Shown here: in pieces, positions 10,991 to 26,989 of the stretch
How the letters are laid out: each line of letters begins with the position of its first letter
How positions within the stretch are numbered: position 1 is the stretch's first letter
NCBI RefSeq assembly: GCF_009914755.1
Contig: NC_060925.1
Direction: 5' to 3' (one strand)
Source of the DNA: the human T2T-CHM13v2.0 reference genome, Homo sapiens
Length of the DNA: 64,000 nt
Translations under genes and position numbers: made by a program
The notes under the pieces: model-generated
The model's input: only the letters and a program-made list of their open reading frames with translations
Told to the model about the DNA's origin: nothing
Database searches by the model: none

Positions 10991-12577
10991 CTAAAGATGT
11001 GAATGGTCCTATTTCTGGGAAGGCTGTGCTCTTGCTGGGCTGTCAGGTGGCTGTCCTCCTGGCTTGGTGCATGTCACCTTGAACCACCTTGGCACAGCCG
11101 GTTCACTGGGGCTGTGAACCTGAGAACGTGAGCCAGGGCAGGTGTCTTCCCTCCCTAGAGTCACTGTAGCCCCCACTTCCCTGTCACTCCCCAGACATCC
11201 TGCTTGCCTTTAACTGTGGAATGAGCATGAAAGCTGAGCATTTTAAACCTGATCACAGGCTGGAACACAGGGCTACGTGGCCTATAACTTTGAAATGGGC
11301 TGACGGCAGAGTCCAGGAAGTTAAAAAATTAATGAAGAGTCCTGTGCCCCTCCTCCTTGCCATCTTTGAGAGCATCGGCTCCTCCCTTATATTTAATAAG
11401 CGAGCAGCTGGTTTGCGCAGCTCGCCAGCCCTTTGCAAACATCGCCTCTTACGATCTCCCTGCGTGAAGGGCTGGTGCTCCTCCTGATTGACGTGTCAGC
11501 ACAGAAGTGCAGCCGGCAGAGGCCCCCGTGTGTGTGCACTTGCAGCCTGTGGGTGCCGTGTGTGCAATATCACACATGCACATCCTTTCCCCACACAGAG
11601 CACCGAGAAATGTTGGGGCCAGCCAGGTCCCAGGTGCCTTCCCGTCTGGGTGGCGTCACACTTAGAACCTCGCTGGCTGCCCGTGCTTGGTTTTCTCCGG
11701 TTATGCACCAGCTCTCCTTTGCCAGCCTGGAAAGCTGCAGCTGGCTCTGCTTCCTGCATGAAACAGAAATGACTGGAAGGCAGAGAGAGGCGGTATCCCA
11801 GAGGCCGCACCTCTTTCTTTCCTTTCTAAAGTTGTCTCAGATTGGAAGGAATGTTTCTTAAGCCCTTTTGGGGGTGAACAGTGGGAAGCGGGGTGCAGTG
11901 GAGGTGAGGAAACTCGAGTAGCAGCAGGTCCTCTCTTCCTCGGTTGGAACAAAACAAGGTCTGTAGGAGGCTGTGAAATATGATTAAATTGTTGCCAATC
12001 AAAGTCACCTTGGCTCCTCAGGACCCACCAAGGCCATCCTTCAGGTAAACAATAAAGCCGGCATTCTCTGCTAGACCAAGTTCAGGAATCTGCAGCTATG
12101 AAGGTGATTGATGACAGAGTCTTGGGGACAAGGGGATGCTGCTGGAGGGACCGAACAGGAGTCAATTTTCTCAGTGAGGCAGAGGGGATTCTCAGGAGGG
12201 CCCTGGGCCCAAAGCCCTTGCACACTGCTGGGTGGTGGACACAGCTCCCACCCACGGTCTCGGGGGAAGGTGCCACTCCCATCTCTGTGTCTGCTTCTGG
12301 TAAAACAGCAGAGCGCCATGAACCTGGGAAGACGCCACATCCTGCTGCCTCCTCTGTCACCTGTCACCTGTTGCAGCTTCTGGCCTGTTATGCGTGTTAT
12401 ACCGTTGCCTGAGCCCCTGTCCCCCCACCCCTCCCAGGGTTCGTGCTCATCGGTGGCCCCATTTCCTGGCCTCAGGAAGCCCCCAAATCAACCCCTAGTC
12501 CCAGGGAGGATTTCTGGATAAAGAAGGGTTTCAGGTTCTGCTGGCTGAGGAGGCTTGAAGAAGAAAGAACACAGGGA

Positions 12578-13224
<647 letters not shown>

Positions 13225-14143
13225 CTATGTGATCTGCTTGATGGACGGTCAGAGGCCACGGCCCTCTTCCCGCCCCCGTCGGGACTGCACACCTGTCATT
13301 TCATCTCTGCAGGTAGCCCGGCAGCACCGCACTGTGAAGCTCCAGGCTCCTGGGTGACCTGCAAGGGCACATTCAGGAGCTCACAGGATAAAGCAGCAAG
13401 GATGGCTGTTTAACTCCACGCTATTGTTTGGTTTTGTTAGGTTTCGCTCTTGTTAGGTTATTGTGAAGATGCAAATGACTGTCTCGTAGTGGGAAAATAC
13501 AGTCCTTAAAGAGGCATGGGAAATCATTGTGAGATAAACAGTGATGTTGAAACCCATGCAAGTGTCTGAGCTTCTGGTGGTTTAGAAATCAGCTGGCAAT
13601 TGCTTTTGCTATTGATTTCTTCCGGCAAGGGCTGCTTTGGAGAGCCTTGCACACACAGCGAGAGCCATAAAAGGCAGGTGAAAAGGTTGAGGATTTAAAT
13701 CCTGAGTAGAAAACTAAAGGCAGCTTTGGAGCAATTGCTATGAAATTTGTAAGCAACAGTTGAAAATGGGCACCTGGAAAGCGTTTTCCAGATAGGGGCT
13801 GTCGGGTAATGCTGAATATAAATGACCAACTTCCCCAGACAGCCCTGTGCTTTTGTTAGCGCACCACATATCTGGAAGCTATTTTTAAAAATCACCTTTG
13901 TGCTCACAAATTTGCTGGCTAGCAGAAGCCAATCTTCAGTCCAAAGGTTATGATAAATCCAATATTTAGTTGGAAGTTTGCAAAATACCCTCCTTGTGGA
14001 GTCAATTTTTTCATTCTGACTGGCTAAGTCAAGGTGAAAGCTTACCCTTCCTGATTGGCAGGTATCTTGTGTGTCTAATTATGGATCTGGTCTCAAAATC
14101 AGAAGGGTGCCAGGAAACAGGATGGCATTTAAAGCGATACTTG

Positions 14144-14465
14144 GGCTGGGCACGGTGGCTCATGCCTGTCATCCCAGCACTTTGGGAGGCCAAGGCAGGT
14201 GGATCATCTGAGGTCAGGAGTTAGAGATCAGCCAGGCCAACATGGCGAAATCCCATCTCTATTAAAATACAAAAAAAAAAAAAAATTAGCCAGGCGTGGT
14301 GACGTGCGCCTGTAATCCCAGCTACTTGGGAGGCTGAGACATGAGAATCGCTTGCACCAGGAGGCAGAGGATGCAGTGAGCTGAGAATGCACCACTGCAC
14401 TCCAGCCTGGCTGGATGACAGAGTGAGACTCTCTCTCAAAAAAAAATTAATGAAATAAAAATAAA
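14144..14465 (+). mobile_element. AluS (Sx/Sz-like)
   Basis: Full dimer; TSD taaagcgatacttg (14130-14143) and taaagcaatacttg (14466-14479), differing by one CpG transition. Confidence 0.95.
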
Positions 14466-14888
14466 TAAAGCAATACTTGGAGTGATCACAAAACTCAAGC
14501 GAACCTGGTGCCTTCCTTACCAGGGGATTTGTTGATCTCCTCAGGAGGGAGAAAGGACTGATTATAGCCCTTCTGGGGGTCTCTGTCCCTCCTGAAATCC
14601 CAGCAGGAGATAAACATTCCAAAGCAGAAGCTGGCTACAGGCCTCAGTTCAAAGAAGTTACAAAGGATCGGATGTGACCCCTGACAGCAAGACATGCCCA
14701 AACTTGTCGCGTGTCATTGATCTGAGATGGGTCCTTCTGAGCCCACTCTTGGGTGGTCCTGGGCGTGAGGCAGCCCTGTAGCCTGCATGGGCACATTCAA
14801 GGGTGCTGCTCAGGCCTGCCTCTCTGCACCCCGGAAATCGTGTGTCCCAATAGGTTCAGGATATAACACTAGTGATGGAGAAAGTCCC

Positions 14889-15262
14889 TGTGATGGTGAC
14901 TTTTATATACCAACTTGACTAAGCCACAGTCCACAGGTATTTGGTCAAACTCTACTCTGAATGTGTCTGTGAAGGCATTTTTTGGTTGAGATAAACATTT
15001 AAATCAGTAAGTGGGCTTTGAGTAAGGCAGATGACCCCCCATAATGTGGTTGGGCCTCATCCAATCAGTTGAAGGCTTTAAGAAAAAGGCTGAGGATCCC
15101 CTAAGATGAAGTAATTCTGCCAGCAGATGGCCTTTGAACTTGAGCTAAAACATCAACTCTCCCCTGTGTTTCCAGCCTGTGGGCCCATGATGAAGATTCT
15201 GGACTTGCCAGTTTCCATAACCACGTGAGCCAATTCCTTAAAACTTCAGCAACCCCTATACA

Positions 15263-15314
<52 letters not shown>

Positions 15315-15345
15315 CCTATTGCTTCTGTTTCTGTACATAGTCCCT
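14889..15345 (+). mobile_element. ERVL solo LTR, MLT2B/D-like, with internal (CA)n
   Basis: Starts tgtgatgg; shares core with 5919-6250; ends catcctattgcttctgtttct; (CA)n at about 15264-15313. Confidence 0.88.
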
Positions 15346-15589
15346 AAGGCTTATTGGGGTTTGAGCTGTGAAAACAAACCCCTCCAAAGACCACAGGCCT
15401 TTATAAACCACCTTTCCTGTGAATCACATAGAAGTGGACACCACTCGTATGGACATCACTCAAAAGCTGTGATAGAAGCTCCCTCCGTGACTTGATGAGG
15501 AGCAAAAGGATTTAGCTCCACTGCTCTGCTTCATCTCTGGGCAAGGATTCAGGTCTCGGCATCAGGACTTCTGATCAGACAGGTAGGAC

Positions 15590-15710
15590 AGCAGCACAAT
15601 TTGCTGACTGAACGTTCTTGGACAAGCTGCTTAAGCTCACTCAGCCCCAATCTCCTTCTCTGTAGGACAGAGGTAATGGTACTTCTTTCACGAGGTGACT
15701 GTGGTGTCCA
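15590..15710 (+). mobile_element. MIR fragment
   Basis: cttggacaagctgcttaagctcactcagccccaatctccttctctgtag is a degenerate MIR core. Confidence 0.6.
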
Positions 15711-16631
15711 CCCAAGACACTCTGTGTATGGCCTCTAGCCAACAATGTAACCTGATGACATTGTTGTTCCTGCCATGCACTACTAAATTACCTGCAAAGG
15801 TCTAATCGAGTTCATTGCAATGGATCATTACAGAGTTTTCTTATTTAAAATGAAAAAGGGGTCCCTGTAGCATAATTCCGCTGCAAGATGCTGCCTGGTC
15901 AGCAGCATAGCTATTGAGAATGCCAGAGGTGTTTGCAACCCACCCTGGGGCTTAAGCAAGCCTCGACCCTTAGGGCTCTTCCATTCCGGAAAAACATTTC
16001 GGCACCAAGGAGACATCCCAAGGAAAGCACTAGTTTAAAAATGTTGCCTTCCATCAGCTTCCCAGTCTTCATCTAAAACACAAAGATGCCAGAGGCATCA
16101 GTGGTAGAAACCAAATTGGGAACATAAAATGAATGTGAGAAGGACATTTGAGTAGCTTAGAGAGAATTAGGAGCTGTCCAATCTTTGACTGCAAAATCAA
16201 AGCCACAACTTTCGACTCCAGGACACCAGAGTCACAGCAATCATTTGGGAGGGCTGGGGAGAGAAACTCATAAAAAGTTGTTGCAAATTGTATTTATTCC
16301 TTCTTTAGCCAGAGAAGTCTCATCTGTGAACATAAACTCATTAGCAGAGTGATGAGCAGGACTTGAAATGCAGCCTGCGTTCATGCTATCTTTAACTCCT
16401 CATCTTGGACCGAAGCAATGAGACAGAAGGCAGAATATAGTGCATCTTCCCTTCTGCTCAACTGACCATGGAGAAATAGGAGGAACTACATAATACAGGC
16501 TGAGGTGGGGGCAGGGGGCTTGGAGAGAAACCCCTAGCAATGGGATGTGTATGCCAGGGAGCCGCTGTCCCAAAATCTGAGATGACGCACCACTGCAAGA
16601 CAAGAAAAACCCTGTTAAAAGAACATATGAC

Positions 16632-16877
16632 GTCGGGCATAGTGGCTCATGCCTCTAATCCCAGCACTTCGGGAAGCCGAGGCAGGAGGACCACTTGAGC
16701 CCAGGAATTTGAGACCAGCCTTGGCAATATGGCGAGACCCCATCTCTACAAAAACATAAAAAATTATCCAGACATGGTGGCACATGCCTGTAGTCCCGGC
16801 TACTCAGGTGGCTGAAGCAGGAGGATCACCTGAGCTCGAGAGGTTGAGGCTATAGTGAGTCAAGATCATGTCACTGA
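16632..16877 (+). mobile_element. AluJ, 3'-truncated (no A tail)
   Basis: J-type ggaggaccacttgagcccagga and gaggctatagtgag; ends abruptly at gtcactgac. Confidence 0.88.
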
Positions 16878-16974
16878 CACGTGAGCACATGTGGAACCCA
16901 AAAGACAATATCCCAAGCAAGGGCAGATGCTTCTAATGTTGGCTTCCTCTACCAGCAAAAGAATGATGTTTCTG

Positions 16975-17190
16975 GAAGTTAGAAAACTCTGGGGTCAAAT
17001 GCTGGTGCATCCAGACACGACCCGGGATGTAGAGCACATCACTTAGTCTCTCTGAGCCTCAGTTTCCTCTTCTGTAAAAAGTGGCAGTGATGACTTACCT
17101 CATAAGGTAAGTCGTGAGGAGTGGACAGGGTCTCCCATGGAAAATGCCTGGTGTATTGTCCATGCCCAGCATGTGAGTTTCACTAATACG
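16975..17190 (+). mobile_element. MIR
   Basis: tcacttagtctctctgagcctcagtttcctcttctgtaaaa...acctcataaggt...gtgagga. Confidence 0.8.
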
Positions 17191-17499
17191 TAGAAAAGAT
17201 CATTCAGCTTTAATTCCTATCATATTGGTGACCTGACTACAGAATCTGGTGGCTTTGAGTGGTGCTCTGTGTTGTCCCAAGGTTTATTCAAGAATGTCTG
17301 GGAGAAGCAAAAAGTGGAAGCTCCCCACCATGAATTAGAACCCAAAGAACTCCCTATTCATTCACCTTCTCTCTATTCATTCACCTTCTCTCTTTCATGT
17401 GAGATTTTGTTTGGGGCACCGCTTGGAGCGAGCACTTGACATTGTCTCAGCTCCTCCAGGTGCTAAGCTTTGCACAAGGATACCCTCTTTCAACAGATG

Positions 17500-20320
17500 G
17501 ATAGAAATAGAAAACACTGGTGACACACTGTTGGCTTGCTGTGGGGAACATTGCTGGTGGAAATGCAAAATATTATAACCCTATGAAGGAAAATTTGGCA
17601 AAACCTTATTAGCATTTCCCCTTTGACCCAGGAATCCACCTCTAGGATCTATCCCAAAAATTCACTGGGAAAATCATGAAAAGACATGCACACGAGCTGA
17701 ACCAGCACAGCACTACTGGAGAGGGCAGAAGGCGAGGGGCAATCCCAATGCCCATCACTAGGGACTGACCGATGACACCATGGTACTCTCACTTATGTTG
17801 CAGCTGTAAAATGGAATGAGGAATTTTTTTTCATGGCTCCGAAGCAATCTCCAGGATGCAGAGTTAAGTGAAAACAGCAAGGTAGCAAGTAAAAACAGAA
17901 AAGATACATATTTTTTTCATATTATGGTTTCTTCATATGTATGAGAAAAAAATATATGTATAGCATGCATATTTGATATTTGCATGTCAAAAGGACACAG
18001 GAATCAACCTGAAAGAGTTACCAAAGCTGGAACAATTTGAGTGACAAATAATGATAGTATTAGATTATAGTCCAAATACTAAAACAAATATCCATGAGGT
18101 CATACTGATATGGATAAATGATTCAATCAATCAATCAATCATTCAATGAGATAAAAGGAACAAGTCTTCCTTAGAAAGAAAAACATCCCAAGTAATAAAT
18201 ACAGATGTTACCCTCTCCAGGAGCTGGAACTTAATTTCCCTCTCCTTATGGATGAGGTAGACTTAGTGACTCATATGCAGAGAATAGAGTATGGAAAGGA
18301 GAAAATAGTAACTGCAGTGGAGAAACCTGATAGATACCATCTTAGCAAAGTGACTGAGGTTAACATCACCAATGATAAGTCATCTTTGTATCATGCACCT
18401 CCTGATATGATGTGATATGGCATGGCTGTATCCCCACACAAATCTCATCTTAAATTGTAGCTCCCATAATTCCTAAGTGTCATGGGAGGGACCTGGGGGG
18501 AGGTAATTGAATCATAGGGGCAGGTCTTTCTTGTGCTGTTCTCATAAGAGGGAATAATTCTCATGAGATCTGATAGTTTTATAAAGGGGAGTTCCCCTGT
18601 ACACGTGCTCTGTTGCCTGCCACCATGTAAGACATGACTTTGCTCCTCCTTTGCCATCCACCATGATTGTGAGGCCTCCCCAGCCATGTGGAACTGTGAG
18701 TCAATTAAACCCCTGTCCTTTATAAATTATTCAGTCTCAGGTATGTCTTTATTAGCAACATGAGAACAGACTAATACATTATGTGACGAGGACACCTTAC
18801 CTCTGTAGCCTTCTTTCCCTAAACTCACAAGCCCAGTCTAATTGTGATGAAACACAAGACAAGCCCAAATGGAAAGGCCTCCTATAAAATTCCAGGCCAG
18901 CGGACTTGGAAAGTGTCAGGGCCATGAAAAATAGTGAAAGACGAAGGTAACTACCACAGACTACAGGAGACTAAGGAGGCAGGATAACTGACTGCAACAA
19001 GAAATGATATCCCGGGCTGGATTTCAGAACAGAAAAAAGGATATTAGTAAAAAAAAATGGCAAACTTCAAATAAAGTGTGCAGTTTATTTAACAGCATTT
19101 TATCAGTATTAATTTCTTAGTTTTGAAGAATGGACCCTGGTTAAGTAGGATGTTAATAGCAGGAGAAGCTGGGTGAAGAGTGTTCAGGGGCTCTCTGTAC
19201 TATGTCAGCCATTTTTCTAACTAAAATCATTCAAAACAGAAATTTAAAAAATATTTTTATTTGTTATTTTTTATTTAATAACATAGTGGAAGGGTAAAAC
19301 ATAAACTGTAACAGAAAATGGTGACCAAAGAGACATTGAAACAATAGGTTAGTGGGAAGAGCCATAGAACCAAATATTTGAATACACATTGTTTTGTAGA
19401 CTTGACTTTGTAATCTTTTATAAATATTTTATGTAATTTAAAATAAATTTGAAACCATAAAAAGCATGTTTAACTAGATATCCACATGCAAAAGAATGAT
19501 TTTATGATACCACATAAAAATCTCAGCATAAAATGGATCAAATGCCCAAAGCAACTCATAGAAATCTAAAGCAAAAATAAATGAATGAATTTAACTATGC
19601 ATTGAGTTGAGTTGCATGGAACCCAACCATGGAATCTTGCCATAGAAAATAACTAGTTTAAAAGACTTTCAATGAATTGGATTATAAATCCCTAGTAGAC
19701 TGCAATCTAATGTAAAATAAATGTGGAGATATTTGTACAGTTTTCATAAATCATACTTTGGGTGGTACTGCTGTTTTTCCAAGATGGTTATATGTGCATT
19801 GTGAGATAAAAGAGTAAGCAAGTGTGTTAGTATTCTGAAAACAGGACTTTCACTGTGGGAGAAATAAAATATAGATGTAGGACCAATGATGCTTAGTAAA
19901 TATTTCATAGTTCTTACTTTATATTAAAAAATCCATATAAATAATACATTTTCTGATTAAAATGTTTCCTAAATATCCATTATTTCATAGTGTCCACTAA
20001 AAGAACTGAAAATGGTGACACACCCGTAAGCAGCGAGCACTCCCAGCACTCAGACTGTGGTCTCTACCTACCATTAGAGGGACTAGGGCTCCTTAAATAA
20101 ACAGTTGATTTCAAATATGAGGCAGGAAATGAAAAAGATGTGCCCAAGTCACCTTTCATATAGAATGAAAGGAGCTACCAAAGACTACTGGGGTCATATA
20201 ACCATCGTCATCATTAAAGTAATTGTAATAATAATAAAGAAATAATGCTCAAGAGCCAATTTGAATAGATTTATTTCCCAATGGCCAAGAATGTAATAAT
20301 TTGATCATAATTAAGAATAA
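17500..20320 (+). mobile_element. Cluster of old L1M 3' fragments (L1ME-like, then L1MC-like split by THE1B)
   Basis: ttgctggtggaaatgcaaaa, tttgacccaggaatccacctctagga; L1MC-type cagtggagaaacctga...aggttaacatcacca and ggatgttaatagcaggagaagctgggtgaag. Confidence 0.7.
18413..18778 (+). mobile_element. THE1B solo LTR (MaLR)
   Basis: tgatatgg...cagactaataca, 366 bp, close to the recalled THE1B consensus; near-TSD tgatg/ttatg. Confidence 0.92.
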
Positions 20321-20322
20321 TA

Positions 20323-20632
<310 letters not shown>

Positions 20633-21059
20633 GAATCCAATAGGGAAAACACATTTCAGTTCCATATATCAGCAATAAAAATGAAACGTAATTTAGACTT
20701 TTGTTGCTTTGTAAACGGAAAGTTTAAAAATGCTTTTTAAATCCAGGAATACATCTAATAGTAGTTGTATAGGATTTAATGGAGAAAATTACAGGAGATT
20801 TATTTTAAAACACTATAGAAAACATCATCAATGGGTCATGCTTTATAAAAATAAAAATTATCTCCAAATTTATAATGTCATTCAATTCCAATCAAAATTT
20901 CAATTTTTTGTAATGAGAAAATTGATTATCTCATTCTATACTAAAAATGTAAGAGAATAATGAAAATGACTAAAACATTCTTGAGGAAATTAAACAAGGT
21001 GATGTGGGATGTGTTGGGGAGATTGCCATGTCAAAGCATATTATAAAGGCATAGTAGGA

Positions 21060-21489
<430 letters not shown>

Positions 21490-22325
21490 TTACTCTGGGT
21501 CAATGGTAGAACAACGGATTAATCAATAAGTGGAGGTGGAACATTTGATTGTTCTTATAGGAAACAGAATACAGTTAGGTCCCAATCTCATTATCTCATG
21601 CCACATTCAATATTCAATTCTAGTTGTGTAAAGCCCTAAATGAGAAAAGCAAAATAATTTAAATTTAGAAAAAAATTATGGGACTACCTTTAATGTTTCA
21701 CAACAGGGATGTATATTTTTAAAGAAGACTAATAAGGCAAAAACCACAGAAGAAATAATTGCTAAATACAAGTACATTAAATTAAGAAAGAAAAAAACTT
21801 TCTAGTAACAGGAGATACTATTTTAGAAATGCAAAAGTAGCCACAGGTCAGGACAATTAGGCAAGAGAAAGAAATAAAAGGCATTCATATTGGACAGGAA
21901 AAAGTAAAACCATCTCCATTTGCAGATGACATGATTTTGTGCAAGAACATCCTGAGAAATCCATAAACAACCATTAGAGATAATAAACAAGTTCAGTAAG
22001 GCTGCAGAATACAAAATCAATACACAAAAATCAATTGTGTTTTTATATGTTAGCAATGAGCAATCCAGAAAGAAAACAAATAAAACAATGCCACTTACAA
22101 CAGCACAAAAGAGAATAAAAGACTTAGGAATAAATTTGACAGCAGAAGTATAAGCCTTGTACATTGAAAACTATAAAACATAATTGAAAGAAAATGAAAA
22201 TCTAAATAACTGGAAAGATATCATGTGACCATCGATTGGAAGTCTCTGTAGTGAAGATGGCAAACTTCCTAAGCTGATCTATGATCTGCAGATTCCACAC
22301 AACCACTACCAAAACACTAAGTGGC

Positions 22326-22358
<33 letters not shown>

Positions 22359-23391
22359 AGAGATTGACAAGGTAATCCTAAAATTCATATGAAAATTCAA
22401 GGAAATCAGAATAGCCAAAGCAATCTAGAAAAGTTTCAAAACTTACTACAAAGCTGCAGGAATTAAGACTGTGTGGCACTGGCATACGATAGACACAGAT
22501 CAATGGAAGAGTACTGAAAGTTCAGAAATAAGCGTTTATGGTGAATTGATTTTCAATAAGAGTGCCAAAGCAAATCAATTGAGGACATAATAGTCTTTTT
22601 AACTAACAACGCTGATACAACTGGTTATCTACACACAAAAGAATGAAGTTGGATGCATACCTCACACCATATACAAAAAATAACTCAAAATGGATCAAAG
22701 GCCTAAATGTAAGAGCTAAAATGAGAAAGTTGTTAGAGGAAAATATAGGCATAGATCTTGGATTAGGCAATGGTTTCTTAAAGTATAAGCAACAAAATTA
22801 ACAAATAAATTGGAGCTTACCAAAATTAACAAATTTCATGTTTCATGTTTTGAAAGAATAAAGAGAAAAGATGGCCCAGAGATTGTGAAAAAAACTTTAA
22901 ATCTAATATCTGATAAAGTTATAGTATTCAGTATATATACAGAACTCATGGTTCAACAATAAAAAGACAAATATAATGAGCAAGGGATTCAAATGGACAT
23001 TTCTTCAAAGAAGATATGCAAATGGTCAATCAGTACATGAAAAGATGCTTGATCTCCTTACTCATATAACGAAATATTAGCCACAAAAAGGAATGAAGAG
23101 CTGATACATGTTACAACACAGAGGATTCTTGAAAATATTATGGTAAGTGAAAGAAGCAAATCAGCAAGACCACATCGTGTATGAGTCCATTTCTATGAAA
23201 TATCCAGAACAGGTTAAATCCAAAGACATAGAAAGTAGATTGGTGGCTTCCAGGAACTGGGGGAACAGGGAATGGGTCATGTTTGCTAATGGGCATGGGG
23301 TTTCATTTTGGGGTGGAGAAAATGTTCTGGAATTAGATAGTGGTTATGGTTGCACAGCCTTGTGAATGTGCTAAGTGCCACCGATTTGTAT

Positions 23392-23764
<373 letters not shown>

Positions 23765-24368
23765 TGATATGTGAATATATAGATAGACTGGGAAACATAT
23801 TTGTAACAGGCAACAACGAAGGACTAATATTTAGGATATCTAATGTGTGATAACTTTGAAACATGAATAGAATAGGAAAACGAACAAAGTGTGTGAATGG
23901 CCAATTCAATAAAAAGAGAATAAGGATGGCCAATACGTCCATGATATAAAACAATGAGAAACCTTGCACACTGCTGGCAGGAATGTAGGTGGTGTAACCA
24001 CTGGGAATAGCGTGTCAGTACCTGGTGAGATTGGAGATGCAGACTCTGTGGCCCAGCGATTCTATTCCTAGTTATGCAGCCCAGGGAATAACTCCTATAG
24101 CTCAAAAGAAGACGTGTAAAAGAATTCATAGCAATTTTTCTTGGAATGGAAAAAGATCAGAGAAACATCTAAAATGTCCAACCACAGGAAAGCAGATATA
24201 TGTATTAGCAAGGATACTATATCCATGAGCATAAATGAATTAGCACTACAATTTTCAAGAGAGGTAGATTTCACAAATATGTTGAGAAAAATATTTTAAA
24301 TTAAAATAAATAAAAAATGCAAGTTGTTGAACAGTGTATTCAAAATAATGTTGCTCATACAAAGGTCA

Positions 24369-24674
<306 letters not shown>

Positions 24675-24959
24675 TCAAAAGCACATATAGCAATAGCAAT
24701 ACATATGGATGTGTATATATGAGGCAAAGGAAAAGAGATGCATGTACATAAAAAAGCCAAACAGAATAGTGGTTACCTCTTACAGAGAGATAGAGATGTG
24801 TGACTGGGAAGGGGGGCCAGGGAGCTTTAATGACATTGATAACATTTTATTTCTTAACCAGGGTGATGGGCACATGAGCATATATTATTTTGTTCTTTAT
24901 ATCTTATTGTATATCTTGAATATCATGTAAGAATTTCTAAAAGAAAAAAAAATTAGAAA

Positions 24960-25277
<318 letters not shown>

Positions 25278-25861
25278 TCATCAGAACATCAAATTATAAG
25301 ATATCTAGGGCATAAATATAAAATATGTAGAAGAATTAATCTATAAATTTAATGGGATTCCAAAAGGCCAACAGGATATTTTATGAAAGTTAAAAACTGA
25401 TTATTGAAATGATATGGAAGGGTATTTTTAAATGGCCAAGAAAATTTTGAAAGAGCTGAACAAGAATGGGTGGCTGGCCCTATCACAGGTACAAGTTCAT
25501 TATAAAATTATAGAAATAAAAACTATGCCATTGGCAGAGCTATAAGAAATTAAAGCAATGAAACAGAAACCAGAGGCAAGGGATGAACAGATATGCACAC
25601 CTCTAGATAGATCTTGGTTTGACAGAGGTGACCTTAAGTTTGTTATAAGAAAATCAAATTTGTACCTCACAACTGTACACATAAATTGCATATGAGTTAA
25701 AGTTCTTAAATGTGGAAAATAAAGCTTCAACATTTTAAAAGAAATGAGGAAAGGATATCACTTGGAGATAGGGAAGGATTACTTAAAGAGGCATAAAGGC
25801 AATACTTGTAAAGAATCCTAAGAAGCCAAAAAAAAAGTCTGCATAAAGGAGCTTAACATCG

Positions 25862-26448
25862 CTAGTTAATAACATCCAGTAATAAAGGGGATACATTCTG
25901 AGAAATGCATCATCAGGCGATTTCATCACTGTGCAAACCTCATATCATGTACTCACACAAACCTAGATGGTACAGCCTACACACACCTAGACCCTGTGTA
26001 CAGCATGCTGTTCCTAGGATATAAACCTGTACAGCACGTGGCTGTACTGGATACTGCGGGTCATTGCAACACAATAGTATTTGCATATCTAAACATAGAA
26101 AAGATACAATAAAAATACAGTATCAAGGATAAAAAATGGTACATCTGTTTAGGGCACTTACCGTGAATGGAGCTCACAGGACTGGACATTGCTCTGGGTG
26201 AGTCAGTGAGTGAGTGGTGAGTGAATTTGAAGGCATAGGATATTACTGTTCACTCCTGTGGACTTTATAAAGGCTGAACACCTAGGCTACACTAAATTTA
26301 TAGAAAACGTAAAGCAATTGTGCTACAGCATTACAATGACTATGCTGTCACTAAAGGGATAGGAATTTATAATCTTATGAGATCACCGTTTTCTATGCGG
26401 TCTGTCATTGGCTGAAATGTTGTTATGACATTGAATACACAACTGTAT
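25862..26448. mobile_element. Tigger3-family (MER7/Tigger3c-like) DNA transposon
   Basis: ggggatacattctgagaaatgcatc...acacaaacctagatggtacagcctac...gctctgggtgagtcagtgagtgagtggtgagtgaa...ttataatcttatgagatcacc. Confidence 0.85.
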
Positions 26449-26989
26449 TAAGTTCAGGAGAAAAGAGCAACATCAGTCAGTTTCGAGGAATGAGAGGAAG
26501 AGAGGCACCCGGTGGAGGGAGAGACAAGATAAAGGTGAAACCCGACCTGTGGAATCCTCACCTTTTCTTAATCTTACCTGAGTGCAGGGGGCATCTGATG
26601 AGCAGAGACCTCCCCATGTCCTGGTTGTTGGACCCCACCTTATGGTGGTGACATCATCATGAGAAAAGAACATGTAATCATGTGACCTATGATTAAAGGC
26701 AAGGCCATCCATGATGTGGTTCTAGTCTCCTGCAGGGGTGGGCTTCAAGGGGGCAGGAGAGTCCTAGAGGAATTTGAGAGGCACTTGGGCCATAGGAAGT
26801 ATGATGTGTGGCAGGATTAGTGTTTTTCTTGAGACTCTCCTTAAGAAAACACCCAGGCTTTGCTGATCTTTTGCTTTCTCCGCCTTGCTGGTGTGCGAGT
26901 GCACATGGCGAAGCAGGTGGTGATGGAGCCATGTTTTCTTGCCTTGTGTCTGGTGGCCTGCTGCTTAGAGGGGGTCCCCAGGCATCAGA

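Noticed and set aside
18675-18687. PRDM9 hotspot motif in THE1B
   Set aside because: Reads cctccccagccat, not CCTCCCTNNCCAC; the other two THE1 copies also lack the exact motif at this site.
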